The position numbers and the translations under genes are program-made. DNA of 64,000 nt, taken from Camelus dromedarius. Its lineage: Eukaryota. The DNA is taken from assembly GCF_036321535.1 (NCBI RefSeq), contig NC_087472.1, positions 102,922,001 through 102,986,000 on the forward strand. Reading direction: 5' to 3'. This document shows, piece by piece, positions 1 to 12,921 of the stretch. The notes under the pieces were generated by a model. It was not told where the DNA came from. It ran no database searches and saw only the letters and a list, made by a program, of their open reading frames with translations. Every line of letters starts with the position of its first letter. The first letter of the stretch is position 1.

Positions 1-96
1 ACAAAAGGAAAACATAAAAGGTAGAAAACAAAGAAGGAAAGCAAGCAAGCAGGCACCCTTGCTGCAGTATGGATCAGTTTTGTGTGTTTTGAGGGT

Positions 97-534
97 TGTG
101 TTAGTTTCCGAGGGCTGCCATAACAAATTAACACAGATTTGGTGACTTAGAACAACACAAACCTACTCTCTCATAGTTTTTGAGGCCACGAGTCCAAAAC
201 CAAGGTGCCAGTAGGGCGACGCTCACTCCAAAGCCTTAGGAGAGTATCCCTCCACGCCTCTTCCAGCTCCTGGAGGCGCCTTGAGTTCCTTGGCTTGTAG
301 ACACAGCTTGAAGACACATCACTCCAATCTCTGCCTCTTTCTTCATATTGTCTTCACCTCTGTGTTTCTGTGTCCTCTCCTCTTCTTATAAGAACACTAG
401 TCATTAGACTAAGGGCTCATTTCAAATCTAGTAAGATATTATCACAAGATCCTTAGCTCTATTTCCAAATAAGATCACATTCTGAGGTTCCCAATAGACA
501 TGAATTTTAGGGAGACACTATTCAATCCACTGCA
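97..534 (-). mobile_element. MaLR solo LTR (MLT1-like)
   Basis: Typical reverse MLT1 termini: tgtgttagtttcc..gggctgccataacaaatt at the left and ggagacactattcaatccactgca at the right. Confidence 0.85.
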
Positions 535-829
535 GGGGTATAAATTGGGAATGAAAACTGAAACTGAAGACAGGAGGCAAATTAGCAAACCATTAAGTAA
601 TAAAGTTCAAAATGAGGAAAGTCAGAGCTAAGGTATTGCCTGGGGGATTCAACTGGGTTTCACATGCAGGTATATATACCACAGTTGCTGTTACAGGCAG
701 TGAGTTAATGATTAAGGTAAGTTCAGGAAGCAGTAGGAGGCCAAAGGGGACCCTAGAGCCAGCTGGAGGAAGGGCTGGTTAGAGAAGGTTTCTAAGAGAT
801 CATCAAGTGTTGATAGGCAAAGGAAAAGG

Positions 830-2110
830 GAGGAGGCTTCACTCCAGAGTACAGCTGGAATAAAGACACAGAAGTAAAAATCAATGCAATGGCATGTTGA
901 GAAAACTATAAACAATTTGGTGTTGCTGGAACGTAAAATGTAAAGCAAAGAGAAGCAAAAGCAGAGGCTGAAGTAGGAGGCAGGGGGCAGATCAATGACA
1001 GCTATGGAAGCCATGTTAATGAACTGGGACTTTTCTTGCTGGTTATGTGAAGCCATTTAAGGCTTTAGGCAGGCGAGCGGCATGGCCACATTTTCCTCTT
1101 AGAACAATTCATCCAGCAAGCAGCATAAAGGGTGGATTAGAGGCAGGGAATTTAATTAGGATGCACCTATGGTCCAGGCAAGAGATGATCAGGGCTTGAA
1201 CTAGGGCAGCCATTATAGATTTAGAGACAAAAATGTGGAATCCAGAAAGAAAAGCAGCAGGATGTGGCAATTCACGGTGTAGGGGAACAAAACTTGCCAC
1301 CCCAAAATGTCTCTTTGGCATGCAGATTATTTCAAGCTGAAAACAATCAAAGCCTAAAAGACTCAAGAAGAAACTTTGGCCTTCCCACCAACTCCCTGAA
1401 GAATTGAGCTATCACCAGAGATATCTGCGAAGAATAAGAGCTAGGTGTGGTGGGGAAACTCAAAGATCAGAGTCCACTCTACGTCCCATTATCTCTGCAG
1501 GGCCAAGTAAACATTTATTTACAAAATATTTGTTTTTCCATCTCCAAGTTAATTGCCTTCCTCCCCTAAGAAGTCCCAAACCCCCACCCCCGACATAAAC
1601 TTTTGTCTTCACCCAAAGACGGTATTTAAGGTAAAGGTTTTGGCCATTTTGGCAAGTGACTCAGTTTTCCCGGGTCTCTCTCATGTATACATGTTATTAA
1701 AATTTGATTTTCTCTTGTTAATCTTTCTCATGTAAAGTTAATTTTTAGACCAGACAGAAGAACCTAGAAGGGTAGAAGAAATTTTCTTCCTTTCCAACAA
1801 TGGGATGTTGGGGATCAGGGTAAGAGAAGAATCAAGGCTGCCAACCAGAATAGGCGATGGACAATGGCGATGCCACCCATTGAAATAGAGAATCCAGGAG
1901 CAGGTTTGCAGCATAGATGAAAAGGAGTTAATTTTGTAATACTGTGAGTCTGTGGTACCTGTAGGAGAGATAGTCAGAAGGTGGGGTATATACACAAGTC
2001 TGAAACTTGAAGGAAGGATCAAGGTTAGAGATACAAACATGTAAGGCATCAAGATATTAAAGGGGGTCAAAACTGTGGGAGTAATTAAGATTTCTAAGGC
2101 AGAAATTGCA
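830..2110 (-). mobile_element. LINE-2 relic, split by the LTR at 1278-1799
   Basis: Purine-rich decayed L2 motifs (gaagccatttaaggctttaggcagg; ggtccaggcaagagatgatcagggcttgaactagggc; atccaggagcaggtttg). Confidence 0.65.
1278..1799 (+). mobile_element. ERV1 solo LTR (MER34-like)
   Basis: TG...CA termini, start tgtaggggaacaaaacttgccaccccaaaatg, 4-bp TSD acgg/atgg. Clearly homologous to 9406-9945. Confidence 0.85.
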
Positions 2111-2199
2111 GAATGAGAAGGGAAATGGGCTAAGTTTGGAACTTAATATTCAAAAGAGGCATATTGAAAGCCAACATACCATAAAGATGGCACACATGT

Positions 2200-3050
2200 A
2201 AATGGGAAAAGAAAAGTTATTTAATAGATGACACTGAGGGAAAATGGCTCACTAATGAAGAAAATAAAACTGTACTAATACACAAAGATTGATTAACAAA
2301 TATTAAATATTAAACTATAAACTTAATAGATGAAAAACTGAGAGGATATCTTTGAAAATTAGGAGCTCCTTAAGTAAAACTTCAAAAGTGAAAATAATAG
2401 GGCAAAATAATGTGATTTGTTTGATTTAAGGGTATCTGTTCATGAAGAACAGCATGAATAACATCAATGAACAAATGACAGAATGGAAGAAGATACATGC
2501 AATGTCTAAAAGTGACAAGGAAGGAACATCCAACATTTTCAAGAAACTCCTAAAAATGAATTAGAAAAAGGCAGCAAGCTCAATGGTATATAGGCAATTT
2601 ACAGAAATCCAAAGCCAAAGGGCCAACAATATGAAGAGATGTATAAATCCATTAGCAACCAGAGAAATGTAAATCAGCAGAACAATGCTCTAAGGGTGGA
2701 CAATTGCTGACAACAATAAAGCAGCTGGAAAACACCCAGGGGAGGCAGAATATAGAGATACAGGGATCCTCATGCACTGCTGATGGGACAACTGGTCAAC
2801 CTGTTCTCTATGGCCATCCAGCAGAATTGTGCCAACCAGTACAACTTCATAAACTTGTTTAAGACTACTAAACATTGATAAAACACACACTATTTGATCC
2901 ATACATTCCTCTTCAGGAATCATTCTGTGGGGGGATTAAGAACCTAACAAGTGATAAAAGTTGCTGTTTAAGAATAGATACTATAGCATCATTTACAATT
3001 TAAAAATTGGTAAAAACTTAAATGTCCATCAATAGGCACCTGCTAATTAT
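2200..3050 (+). mobile_element. Ancient L1 (L1ME-like) ORF2 3' relic
   Basis: A-rich decayed L1 motifs (acaaatgacagaatggaagaagata; ggatcctcatgcactgctgatggga; aaatgtccatcaatagg). Confidence 0.65.
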
Positions 3051-3177
3051 AAAATACTCATACTTATAAACAAAAAGTACACTCAGGTTGAATGCAAAGC
3101 ACAACTTAGGGGATAAAGAAGCAATCTGACCAGTCTAGATTCCCACATTTTAGTTATGGTATAGATCTCTATAACAG

Positions 3178-3395
3178 CAGTTGGGAAACTTTTTCTGTAA
3201 AGGGACAAAAAATATACATTTTAGGCCTTGCAGGCACATGGTCGCTCCCACAGCTACTCAACTCTGCCACTGTAGTGTGAAAGCAGCCACAGATAATACG
3301 TAAATAAATGAGCACAACCGTGTTCCAATAAAACTTTATTTATAAAAATAGGCAGCAGGCTGGATCTGGCCCACAGCTGTAGTTTGTTCACCCCT
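3178..3395. mobile_element. MER58A-like hAT-Charlie DNA transposon
   Basis: aaacttttctgtaaaggg...actcaactctgccactgtagtgtgaaagcagccacag...gttccaataaaactttattt...cccctg. A second copy lies at 30949-31145. Confidence 0.85.
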
Positions 3396-3695
3396 GCTCT
3401 ATAGAATAAGATCTTTGTAAGCCCTAGTTCTCTAAGCAGTTAGTTACCCTTGGCAACTTATGTCTTCTATTCTATTTCACCTCAGTAAGAATTAAATAGC
3501 ATATGTGAATACAAATGAACTACTAAATGATCTAAAAAGATAGCCTGCTTTTATCATTTCTACGTGTTTCTATTGTTACACTTATTTCACTCCAGCCTTG
3601 TGACCCGCCTCTGAAGGCAAGTATTTGATGTGATTTTACCTTCTGTTAAACATTCACAAATCATTCTACACAATGCTGGTCTTTGTTCAGTCTTG

Positions 3696-3729
3696 CACTT
3701 TTATCTTAGCCAAAAGGCCGAGAAGCGAT
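3696..3729 (-). pseudogene. RNU2: U2 snRNA 5'-end fragment (3'-truncated, tailless retrocopy)
   Basis: The reverse complement reads ATCGCTTCTCGGCCTTTTGGCTAAGATAAAAGTG; the first 27 nt are identical to the U2 5' end. It is flanked by the exact direct repeat ggtctttgttcagtcttg at 3678-3695 and 3730-3747. Confidence 0.95.
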
Positions 3730-3856
3730 GGTCTTTGTTCAGTCTTGTAATCATGAGTTTATCAAAGTCTATTCAGATCATTCCTGGATTATTCTCATTT
3801 TTATAATTTGTAGAGCTGGGCAGTCAGACAGATCCCTATGCTTAGAAGAACTCTAT

Positions 3857-4102
3857 ATTTAGTATAGAATTAACAGGTGCAAACTACTGTACAAAAATAG
3901 ATAAGTAGCAAGTAACTATACCCAATATGTTGTAATAACCTATAATGGGATATAATCTGCAAAAAACCCGAATCACTATGCTCTACAGCTTAAAGTACAC
4001 AATATTGTAAATCAACTACACTTCAATCAAAAAAAAAAAAAAAGAGGGAGAGAGGAAGAAGAAGGAGGAGGAGGAGAAGAAGAAGAAGAAAGGAGGAGGA
4101 GG
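3857..4102 (+). mobile_element. Truncated L1 3' end with poly(A) and GAA/GGA-rich tail
   Basis: L1 terminal motif aatattgtaaatcaactacacttcaat, then an A-run and a purine repeat. TSD agaagaactc(t/c)at at 3844-3856 and 4103-4115. Confidence 0.8.
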
Positions 4103-4112
4103 AGAAGAACTC

Positions 4113-4474
4113 CATGGGGGAGACCCAGGAAAACTGGGTAACTTCTGAAGCCATCACCTTAAATATCATCTCCAGCCAAAGACAATGTTTTGTCTTTGGG
4201 TGGGGGAGGCCAGTTATGGGAGGTTATTAGGCAAAGCACAGTAAACAAAGATAAGGTTGTATACAGATTTAAATTCTTGCCTTCTCTTCCTCGTACAGAG
4301 AGGGAGACATCCTTACCAATGGAGATTTCCCTTATAACCATAAATGTCTCTTACAAAAGGGTAATTTCTGCTTCAGAACTTCTCCTGTGTCTGCTGTTTA
4401 TTGAAAATAACCAGTTGAAGATAATCTGTACCCCAAAGAGGCATATTTTGGGGTGGCAAATCTGTTTCCCTTCA
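4113..4474 (-). mobile_element. Partial ERV1 LTR (MER34-like)
   Basis: Homologous to about 16390-16812. Ends ggcatattttggggtggcaaatctgtttcccttca. Confidence 0.8.
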
Positions 4475-6754
4475 TTGGTTTAATTTTCTGTTGTTGCTGT
4501 CTTGAAATTCTTAACAATTTTTGTACAAGGGATGCTACATTTTCACAAATTATGTAGCTAGTCCTGCTCTTATACAACAGGAAGAAAAATTAACTTTCCA
4601 TTTCACATTTATAATATCTCCAAGCCACACAAAATATCTGACAGTAAGAAAACTTAAATAACCTTTATTCCTATGTATGGCCTCACAGAAATGTTTCCTA
4701 TATTCTTTCATCTCTTGAGTCTGGTTTGCCTGAAGAAAATTAAAAGGAAGAAAGCTCTTTAAATTATGTTAGGTTTATGGACCAACCCCCTCAAATTGGC
4801 AGAAATAAAATAGCAGAGTTACAGATGCTCAACTGTAAATATTAATGAGTATTTCTGTCCTCTTACTGGAAATATAAAAAGACTTGACCCATAAAGGTAA
4901 ACTTAATAAATATTTTTTAGTGTTATGATAGTATTGAGAATTTAAAACCAAGTCATAATTATATATATGTATATATATTTACATAGTTATAAATAGCTTA
5001 GTTATTTTGTGGCCAGAATACAAATACATACTGTCAAAGTACTAAATGAAACACTTCCTAGGAATTTACCCTGCTATTCACATAGAAGGCAAAAAGTGTG
5101 CTGGTCTGAAGGCTTCAGTACTCTCCTGATAACTGTCTGGCACACAGGGGAGGATCAGTTGATTGTGTCTGCCCAGAAAGCAAGCGTGAGCAATGATTGG
5201 TTCTATCTTAGAAAAAGAGGAAGTGCTGGTGGGACACAGGCATCGCCTAAGAGCAGTGGAAGGCCCAGTGGTTAGCCTTTGATGTCCAAACCATGCTGAC
5301 TGGCTTCCAGCACGCTGCAGTTAGGGATTCAAAAGCAAACAGACAACTGCATTTTTTAAGGTGGGGGAGGCACTACTCTTTGTCTTATTTACCATGGGGA
5401 TGAAACACTCCTCTTTTGAAGAAAGCATATTTAGATACAATGAGCCAATCTACTTTTTGTAAGTAAGTAGCTTACAAGTCAAGGAAAGACAAAACAATAT
5501 GACTTCAATAGTGTTTTACTCAATACAAAACTGTTTAAAGTTAAGTTTCTACAGTTAGGTAGCCCTATATTTGCTAGTGACACTGCCCCAGAAATGTTAC
5601 CCTAAGATTCACCCCTGCCTATATTTATGTCCCAAAGAAAAGAATGCTCTAACCTAATTACAGAATCATATACTTGTACTTAACATATATAAGCATATAT
5701 ATATATATATAGTAGCTGTGAATATTTCCATTTTTCCTGACTATGTTACATAAAAAGCAGTGCTCAGCCATGGCTATTTCTTTACAATTTATAATATTCC
5801 CACTGCTTGCTGTATGCATACCCAAGTAGCATTTCTAAAGTTTATGCGGGTATTTCCCTTCTTTCTACTCCAGAATTTTCACCATTTACCTTAAAAATGT
5901 TAACTCTTCATGAAATCACAAATAATGTCCATTTAAATGATTACAAGCCTTTAGCTGAAACACAGTCTAGAAATTTTTTTTTTTACAGCTTTGGAAATGT
6001 AAGAAGGACTCCTTGCAAATTGATTCAAATCAGTCAGTTTTGAATATTTAAAACTTTAAACTATATTGGAGCTTTTAGGTCTTGAGATGGATTCATTCTA
6101 TCATTTATTTTAGAAACACAAGTTTCTCTGTATCTCATGGCTGGCTAGTTCTATTCTAGGACTCTTATTTTTCAGTAAAGCTGGCAAAAATGAGCAACTT
6201 TCATCTTGTCTTTGTGGGGAGTCCTTGCTTTCTGAAAAGTCATTTTTAATCTGGCATTTTCTCCTCTAAACTTTCCTTTAACATCATAGTGCATCATGCC
6301 AGTATAATGTCATGTAGCTTCTGAGTCTTCAAAAATGTTTTTTGTTTTATTTGTTTATGTTTAGTATTTTATTAGGTTTTAGGTTTTGAAAATGACTACT
6401 CTGTGTATGATGCACCAGAATTTTTGATAAAGTAGCACACATTTGCTAATCAGGCCAGATAATAAAGAAGTGCTCTATTCCCATAAGAAATTACAGAAGT
6501 CAAACACTCATTTTCATCATTTATGCTAAAGGGTAAATTACGTAGGCTATTTTTTTTTTTTTTTTTTGCCTCTGGCTCAAAATTAATTTCTGATAGAAGC
6601 AGAGAGACTTGATATTTTTAAGATACTGACTCTTTCCATTGAATAAACAGATACATCTTAAAGTTGATTCCAATTCTTTGTGCTCTGCTATGGACTTTTA
6701 AAATTTTCTTCATATAGATTCTGTACTACAAATAGGTTGAAAAAGATTTTTAAA

Positions 6755-6822
6755 TATCAAATCACTATGTTGTACAACTGAAACTAATATAACATTGTAA
6801 ATCAACTATACTTAAATTTAAA
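6755..6822 (+). mobile_element. About 70-bp extreme 5'-truncated L1 3' end
   Basis: aatcactatgttgtacaactgaaactaatataacattgtaaatcaactatact followed by an A tail. Exact 15-bp TSD aaaaagatttttaaa at 6740-6754 and 6823-6837. Confidence 0.85.
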
Positions 6823-6849
6823 AAAAAGATTTTTAAAGAGAGAGATCAG

Positions 6850-7585
6850 ATCCCAAGTTAACTAAAATTAATTTTGAGCCAGAAGCATGATAAAATAACT
6901 ATAACAAAAACGGTTTGATTCGGGCACTTAATAGAAAGATAGATCAATGTAACAAAATAGAGTATAGAAATAGAGTAAAACAATTCAAGGATTTAGTAAA
7001 CAATAAGAGTAACATTTTATATCAGTAGAGAGAATATGGATTATTCAATAAATTATACTAGAGCAACAAAATATCTGTCTGGGAAAAAATAAAGTGAATT
7101 TATTTCTCTCTCCCTACAACAAAAATAAATTCAAGATATATTAAAGACTTTAATAAAAATTAAAGCAAATACACAGGAAAGCTTAAATTGTCTTTTTAAA
7201 AAGTACAGTCTTGAGTAGGAATGGCTTTTCTAATTAAGATGCAAAACCAGATGTCATAAAACAGTGGTTCTCAACTTGGCTGCACGTTAGAATCACATGA
7301 AGAATCATTTATATCTTCATTGCAGTGATGATTACATGAATCTACACATGCGATAAAATTTTATGAGACTACACACAAAAAAATAAGTGATTGTGAAATC
7401 TGACAAAATCTGAGTAAGGTCTATAGTCTAATCAATAGTTTTGTACCTATGTAAATTTCCTTATTTTGATAGTTTTACGTATGCAAGATGTTATCACTGG
7501 GGGAAGGTACACAGAACCTCTCTGTACTATTTTTGCAAGTTCTTGTGAGTCTTTAATTATTTTAAAATAAAAAGTTAAAAAAAGA
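6850..7585 (+). mobile_element. Old L1 fragments (ORF2 relic, then L1MC-like 3' end) with a short MER5-like piece at about 7262-7310
   Basis: atagatcaatgtaacaaaatagagt; gattattcaataaat; ctctctgtactatttttgcaagttcttgtgagtc...taaaataaaaagtt; cagtggttctcaacttggctgcacgttagaatcac. Confidence 0.6.
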
Positions 7586-8031
7586 GAAAGACTATACATG
7601 AAGAGGTGAGTTAGGAGAAGGAAAAATCAGACAACGGATGTTGTAGCAACCCAGAACTCAACAACAGGGCCCAGTTTTCCACTCTTAGGCCTGAAATAAC
7701 AAGAGCTATTAGAAGGGAGAGATGGAGAGAGAGAGAAAAAACACAAACTGTATGGAAAGGGCTACCTGACAGTTACTATGACCTTGAGACAAAGGATACC
7801 AGGTGGGCCAAGACGTGGGGTTCACTGAAACTGGGACCTGGCTCATTGTCTGAGATTGAGCAAAATTAGTTTGGTGATCTGAGAGGAATTGTAAAGTTTG
7901 GAACAGCTCCTGGAATGGAATTTAGAAGGGAGGGAAAGATTTTATAGGCGTCAACCTGGGAAAAGTAAATAATTACCTAACATTCATTATCACATTTTAA
8001 GCTGTAATAAATCCCACCAACCTTATGTGAT

Positions 8032-8641
8032 TGTATTAGTCAAGGATCTTCAGAGAAACGGAACCAATAAGAGATAGATAGATAGATATAGATATAGATA
8101 TAGATATAGATATAGATATAGATCTATATATCTATATATATATATATATACACACACACATACATATACATATATATTCATGTGATTATGTGATTATGGA
8201 GTTTGAGAAATCTCAAGATCTGTAGTCAGAAAACTGGAGACCAAGAGAGCCAATGTGTAGTTCCAGTCTATGTCTGAAGACATGAGGATCAAGAAAGCTG
8301 ACAGTGTAACTTCCAGTTTGAAAGCTGGCAGACTCAAGACCCAAAAAGAACTGATGTTCAATTTGAGTTTGGAGTCTGGTAAAGACCTCCCAGCTCAAAA
8401 CACTCAGGTAGGAGAAGTTCCCTCTTACTTGTGGGAGAGTCAGCCTCTTTGGTCTCTCCAGACCTTCAACTGATTAGATGAGGCCCACTAACATTAGGGA
8501 CTATAATCTGCTTTAGTCAGTCTGCCTATTTGAATGTTAATCTCATCCAGCAATACCATCACAGACATATCCAGAATAATGGTTAACCAAATATGTGGGC
8601 ACCCTGTGGCCAGTCAAATTGACATATACAATTAACCATCA
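8032..8641 (-). mobile_element. MLT2-like ERVL solo LTR
   Basis: Termini tgtattagtcaaggatcttcagagaaacggaaccaata and cagtcaaattgacatatacaattaaccatca, with the internal microsatellite typical of MLT2. Confidence 0.88.
8072..8176. repeat. Compound microsatellite (GATA)n(GATATA)n(TA)n(CA)n
   Basis: Directly visible. Confidence 0.95.
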
Positions 8642-9405
8642 TTGTTATGGACATACAACTTTTTCTTAGCTAGGAGTAACTCATCAGAATAGATAGCTGA
8701 ATGCTCCATTATTTTGTTTCACTCATAGTAAGATACTACGAATAATTTAAAAAACTCTTGGCTATTGTTACTGGAAGAGTCAGATGATACTTTAAGATAA
8801 AATACTTTTTTCTAACATTTATGCTGGCTATCTTTTCCATAAGAGCTGGAAATTAATTGACTTCAAATATATTTTGGTTAGAGTGATAACTTGGAAATAT
8901 ACTCACTGGCCTAAGAAGCTCATCTCTTCTTTGAGTTGGCCCCAGTAGGACTGTACTTATATGTGCACATCACATTCCATCAGTGATCAACCTGATATGA
9001 ACCACACGGGGCTCTTAATCCAAGAAGTGGTGACTCAGAGAGGTAACACTCTGGGCATTTATATTGCCTATGTTTTTGCAAACCCAGTGTTACTTAGTTT
9101 TTTAGAAGAGAGGAGAGTTGACCTTGAATCCCATTGTACATGCCACAAACTACAGCCAAAATGTAACTTTTGTTGCTACTGTCATTTTCGCACTCAAGAG
9201 GCTCCTGGTTTCCTCCTGGGTCCTCCATAACAGGGAAGCTAAGCTGAGACCACACACTTAGGATATTGCTCTTTGATATGAAAAAAAAAAAAAAAAAAAA
9301 AGCTGGGTGTCTGCTGTATGCATGGAAAATATTCATTTTCATGATTTGTTCATTTAGTCGATCTATATTTATTGAATACTTAATATGTACCTGGAACCAT
9401 GGTAT

Positions 9406-9945
9406 TGTAGGGGAGCAAAATTTGCCACTCCAAAAAGTCTCTTTGGCATGCATATTATTTTGAGCTGAAAACAATTAGAGCCCTAAAGACTCAGAAAGAA
9501 CCTTCATCTTCCCCCTAGCTGCCTAAAAAATGTAGATAAAGGACCTGTTCAGTTGATAACTATGGTGTGAATTAGGTGTGTAGACAGGGAGGAACCGAGT
9601 AAAGACTGTTAAAATTCCTCTGTGTCCCATAGTCTCTGCATGACCCCGTAAACATTTGTTTACCGAACATTTTGCTTTTCAGCTTCATGTGAATTGCCTT
9701 TCTCCCCTTTGAAGTCCCAAACCACTACCCCCAACATCCTCTTTTGTCTTTAGCTGAAGATGACATTTAAGGTGAGGGTTTCGGCCATTTTGGTGAGTGA
9801 CTCACTCCTCCCAGGTCTCTCCCATATATACATGTTATTACACTTTTTTTTAACTTTCTCCTGTTAATCTGTCTTATGTCAATTTAATTCTTAGACCAGC
9901 CAGAAGAACCTAGAAGGGTGGAGGAAAATTTCTTCCTCCTTGCCA
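9406..9945 (+). mobile_element. ERV1 solo LTR (MER34-like)
   Basis: tgtaggggagcaaaatttgccactccaaaa...cttcctccttgcca; TSD gtat/gcat. Confidence 0.85.
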
Positions 9946-10184
9946 GCATGCTGTTATCTGAGTGTAAGAGCCCTTTCAGGCAGAAGTGGCAAATATCAGG
10001 AAGCTAGACCATGTAGGACCTTCTTAGCCCATGGGTATTCAGAGTGAGATAAGAAGCCATATTCAATTATTTTTATTTAAAAAAGTTATTTATTTTAAAA
10101 GCAAAACATAATTATTAAATTATCTTAAGATAACAGATACTTAGAGAAAGTTTTAAATTAACTGAAGAAACTTAACAATAGTTT

Positions 10185-10756
10185 CCATCTGTATCCAACA
10201 TAGCCTAAGGTGACTCCCAATGAGTCACACCTTTGTATAACCTCTCCCTTCCCCCACTGGTATGAGTGGGAACTGTCACTTGCTTCTAACCAACTAAACA
10301 TGCCAAATGTGCTGGGATGTCATGTTCATGAGTACTTTATGTTACATAAGATTCCATCTTAGCAGACTGGAGAGAGAGGCTCTACTGCTGGCTTTGAAGA
10401 AGTGGTCATGTTGTGAACTGCCCCTGGAGAGGACCATGTGGGAGGGAACTGTGGGAGGCCTCTAGGAACTGAAGGCAGTCTCCAGCTGACAGTCAACAGG
10501 AAGTTGAGGGCTGAAGCCCTACAACCACAAAGACCTGAACTCTGCCAACAACATGTGAGCTTAGAAGAGAACTTCAAACTCCAGATGAGACTGCAGTGCC
10601 AAGTGACACCTCGACTGTAGCCTAGTGAGACTCTGAGCAGAGGACCCAGCTAAGTAGGACCTGGACTACTGACCTACAGAAATCGTGAGTTAATAAAGGT
10701 GGGTTAAGTCACTATGTTTGTGGTACTTCGTTATGCAGCAGTAGAAAACTAATACA
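10185..10756 (+). mobile_element. MaLR LTR (MLT1D/E-like)
   Basis: tcacttgcttctaaccaa; gctggctttgaagaag; ends tttgtggtacttcgttatgcagcagtagaaaactaataca. Confidence 0.85.
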
Positions 10757-11322
10757 TACTGTAACCTTGGTTTTCTCCTTAAGTTTAAATAATACTTTTT
10801 TTTTTTAACTTTCCTGGAGCCAATTCTCTCTTGGGGCTTATTCATGAGCTCAGGAACATTGACCAGTTAAGCATCAAAAAACCTCTTGGCTTCTCATAAT
10901 CCCAAGTTTCCTGGTGAATAATCCTACTGCCATAGAAATATTGTCATCAGGGACAATGATGAGGGAAGTGGGAGACATAGTTTCAGTATTCTTTTATGAG
11001 AAAATTCTTTTTTTCTTTTCTACCTTCATGTTCTCTGTTTTTATGGCTCTCTTGGTTTTCTAGAGGAAATAATGTCTGAAATCACCTATGTTGATGCTAA
11101 GTAAATAGGCTTGTGCTATTCATTTTCAGAGAAGACTGGAGTTTATCTAATACATTGTTTGACACAGAACAGGTACATAATAGCCCCAGTGTGAAGCACA
11201 GAGTCTTCTAAACACTGAGATAAGTCAGATTGCCCATAAATTGTGTGCTGAAGTGACAATCCAGCCAAAGGGAGAAATTGCAGAGTATCAAGGTTATAAT
11301 AATGGGAGGGAGCATGAGGGGA

Positions 11323-11590
11323 TGTGGTGGTCACTGCTGGCACCCTGCCCAGATCCTCAGTACTGGCTGGGGAATCTGTCCTCCAGCTGTTGTGATTAGC
11401 AGCTGCTGAAAGATCACAGCTGCCCCCTCCCAGAATTAGTTCTGGTCAAAAGAAAGCTGACTTACGCAGGAAGTCACACACACACACACACACAAACAGC
11501 TCACAGCCAAGGAATGTCTGTTGACTGACAAGGATATTTTTAAAAAGCCAACTCCCTTGCTTCCATATGGGACCACACTGTGGTACTAAT
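11323..11590 (+). mobile_element. LTR16-like ERVL LTR, 5' part
   Basis: tgtggtggtcactgctggcaccctgcccagatcc...; similar to 54890-55335. Confidence 0.55.
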
Positions 11591-11606
11591 GTTGTCAAGG
11601 TTGTTA

Positions 11607-12265
11607 AGGTACATCCATGTCGTAGCACTTCATTTCTTTTTATTGCTGAATAATATTCTATTCTATGCATATACCATATTTTATTTGTCCAATCATCAGA
11701 TAATAGACATTTGGGTTGTTTCCACTTATTTGTTATTATTAATAATGCTGCTATGAACACTCATGTATAACTTTTTTGTGTGGACATACATTTTCATTAC
11801 TCTTGGATCTATACCCAGGAGTGGAATTGCTGCATCATACAGTAACTTATGTTAAACTTTTTGAGGAACTCTCAAACTTTTTTCCAAAGTGGCTACACCA
11901 TTTTACATTCCCACCAGCAATATAAGAGGGTTATAATTTCTCCACATCCTCATCAACCCTTATTACTGTCCACTTTTTTGATTACAGCCATTCTATTAGA
12001 AGTGAAGTAGTATTTCACTGTGGTTTGATTTGCACTTCTCTAATGATCAATGATGTTGAGCATCTTTTATGTGCTTATTGGCCATTTCTATATATTCCTT
12101 GGACAAATGTCTACTCAAATCCTTTGCCCATATTTTAATTGTGCTGTCTTTTTATTATTTAGTCATATTCATTTTTTATATATTCTGGATACAAGTTCCT
12201 TACCAGAGAAATGATTTGCAAATATTTTTTATCATTCTGTGGGTTGTCTTTTCACTTTCTTGATG
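11607..12265 (-). mobile_element. L1 ORF2 C-terminal fragment
   Basis: ORF 11446-11760 translates to MFIAALLIITNKWKQPKC...IEYYSAIKRNE, the L1 ORF2p C-terminus. Confidence 0.92.
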
Positions 12266-12431
12266 ATATTTTAATGCTCTATTTCTTGACTTGGGTGTTG
12301 TTACATGGGGGTATTCACATTGTGACAATATATGAAACTGCACTTTTTTGTTTTTGTTACAATTGAATAAGAAATGGTTTTTATTCTCTTATTATCAATG
12401 TAAGATTAAAATTTATTTCTACTCTGGTTCC

Positions 12432-12921
12432 TGATGGGGTTTAAGACATACTATCCCAAAATATGCACTTTAACATAGTGAATATTTTAAGCTGAAGGAA
12501 TTTGAGAATCAGCATGTACAAGAAGAACTTTCTGACCTTCTGCCAAAGCGGATCACAAAAACCCTATGTGAGAGGTGACCCCCCTATACCCAAAGGAAAG
12601 GAGCATCCTTATTTCTGAAGACAAAGGGACACAGAGAGTAATCGGAATGAACAGGCCTTGCTAAGTTTCTCCTAGTTTACTACACTTAGCTCATACTCTT
12701 TATCCTGTCACATCTTCTATGACTTTCCAGTCTTCATCAAACCTAGCATAAAAACACTCAGGTTTAACCTTCTTTGAGTCTTCCTTATGAAGGCTCCATG
12801 GCATGTAAAACTTATATTAAACAAATTTGTATGTTTTTCTCTTGTTTATCTTTGCCAGTCTAATTTTCAGACCCAGCCAAGGACCCTAAGAGGGTGGAGG
12901 AAAACTTTTTCCTCCCCTACA
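12432..12921 (+). mobile_element. ERV1 solo LTR (MER34-related, second subfamily)
   Basis: tgatgggg...ttcctcccctaca; exact TSD ttcc at 12428-12431 and 12922-12925. Homologous to 21071-21578. Confidence 0.88.

Noticed and set aside
3696..3729. Functional U2 gene, or a CRISPR-like repeat-spacer-repeat unit
   Set aside because: Only 34 nt of U2 is present, with no Sm site. The two 18-bp repeats are a TSD in eukaryotic DNA.
9281..9301. Isolated A21 run as a solo poly(A) retroinsertion
   Set aside because: No flanking TSD or upstream poly(A) signal could be identified.
1278..9945. Full provirus bounded by the two same-strand LTRs
   Set aside because: Each LTR has its own TSD, the LTRs are diverged, and the interval contains no gag/pol/env relic.
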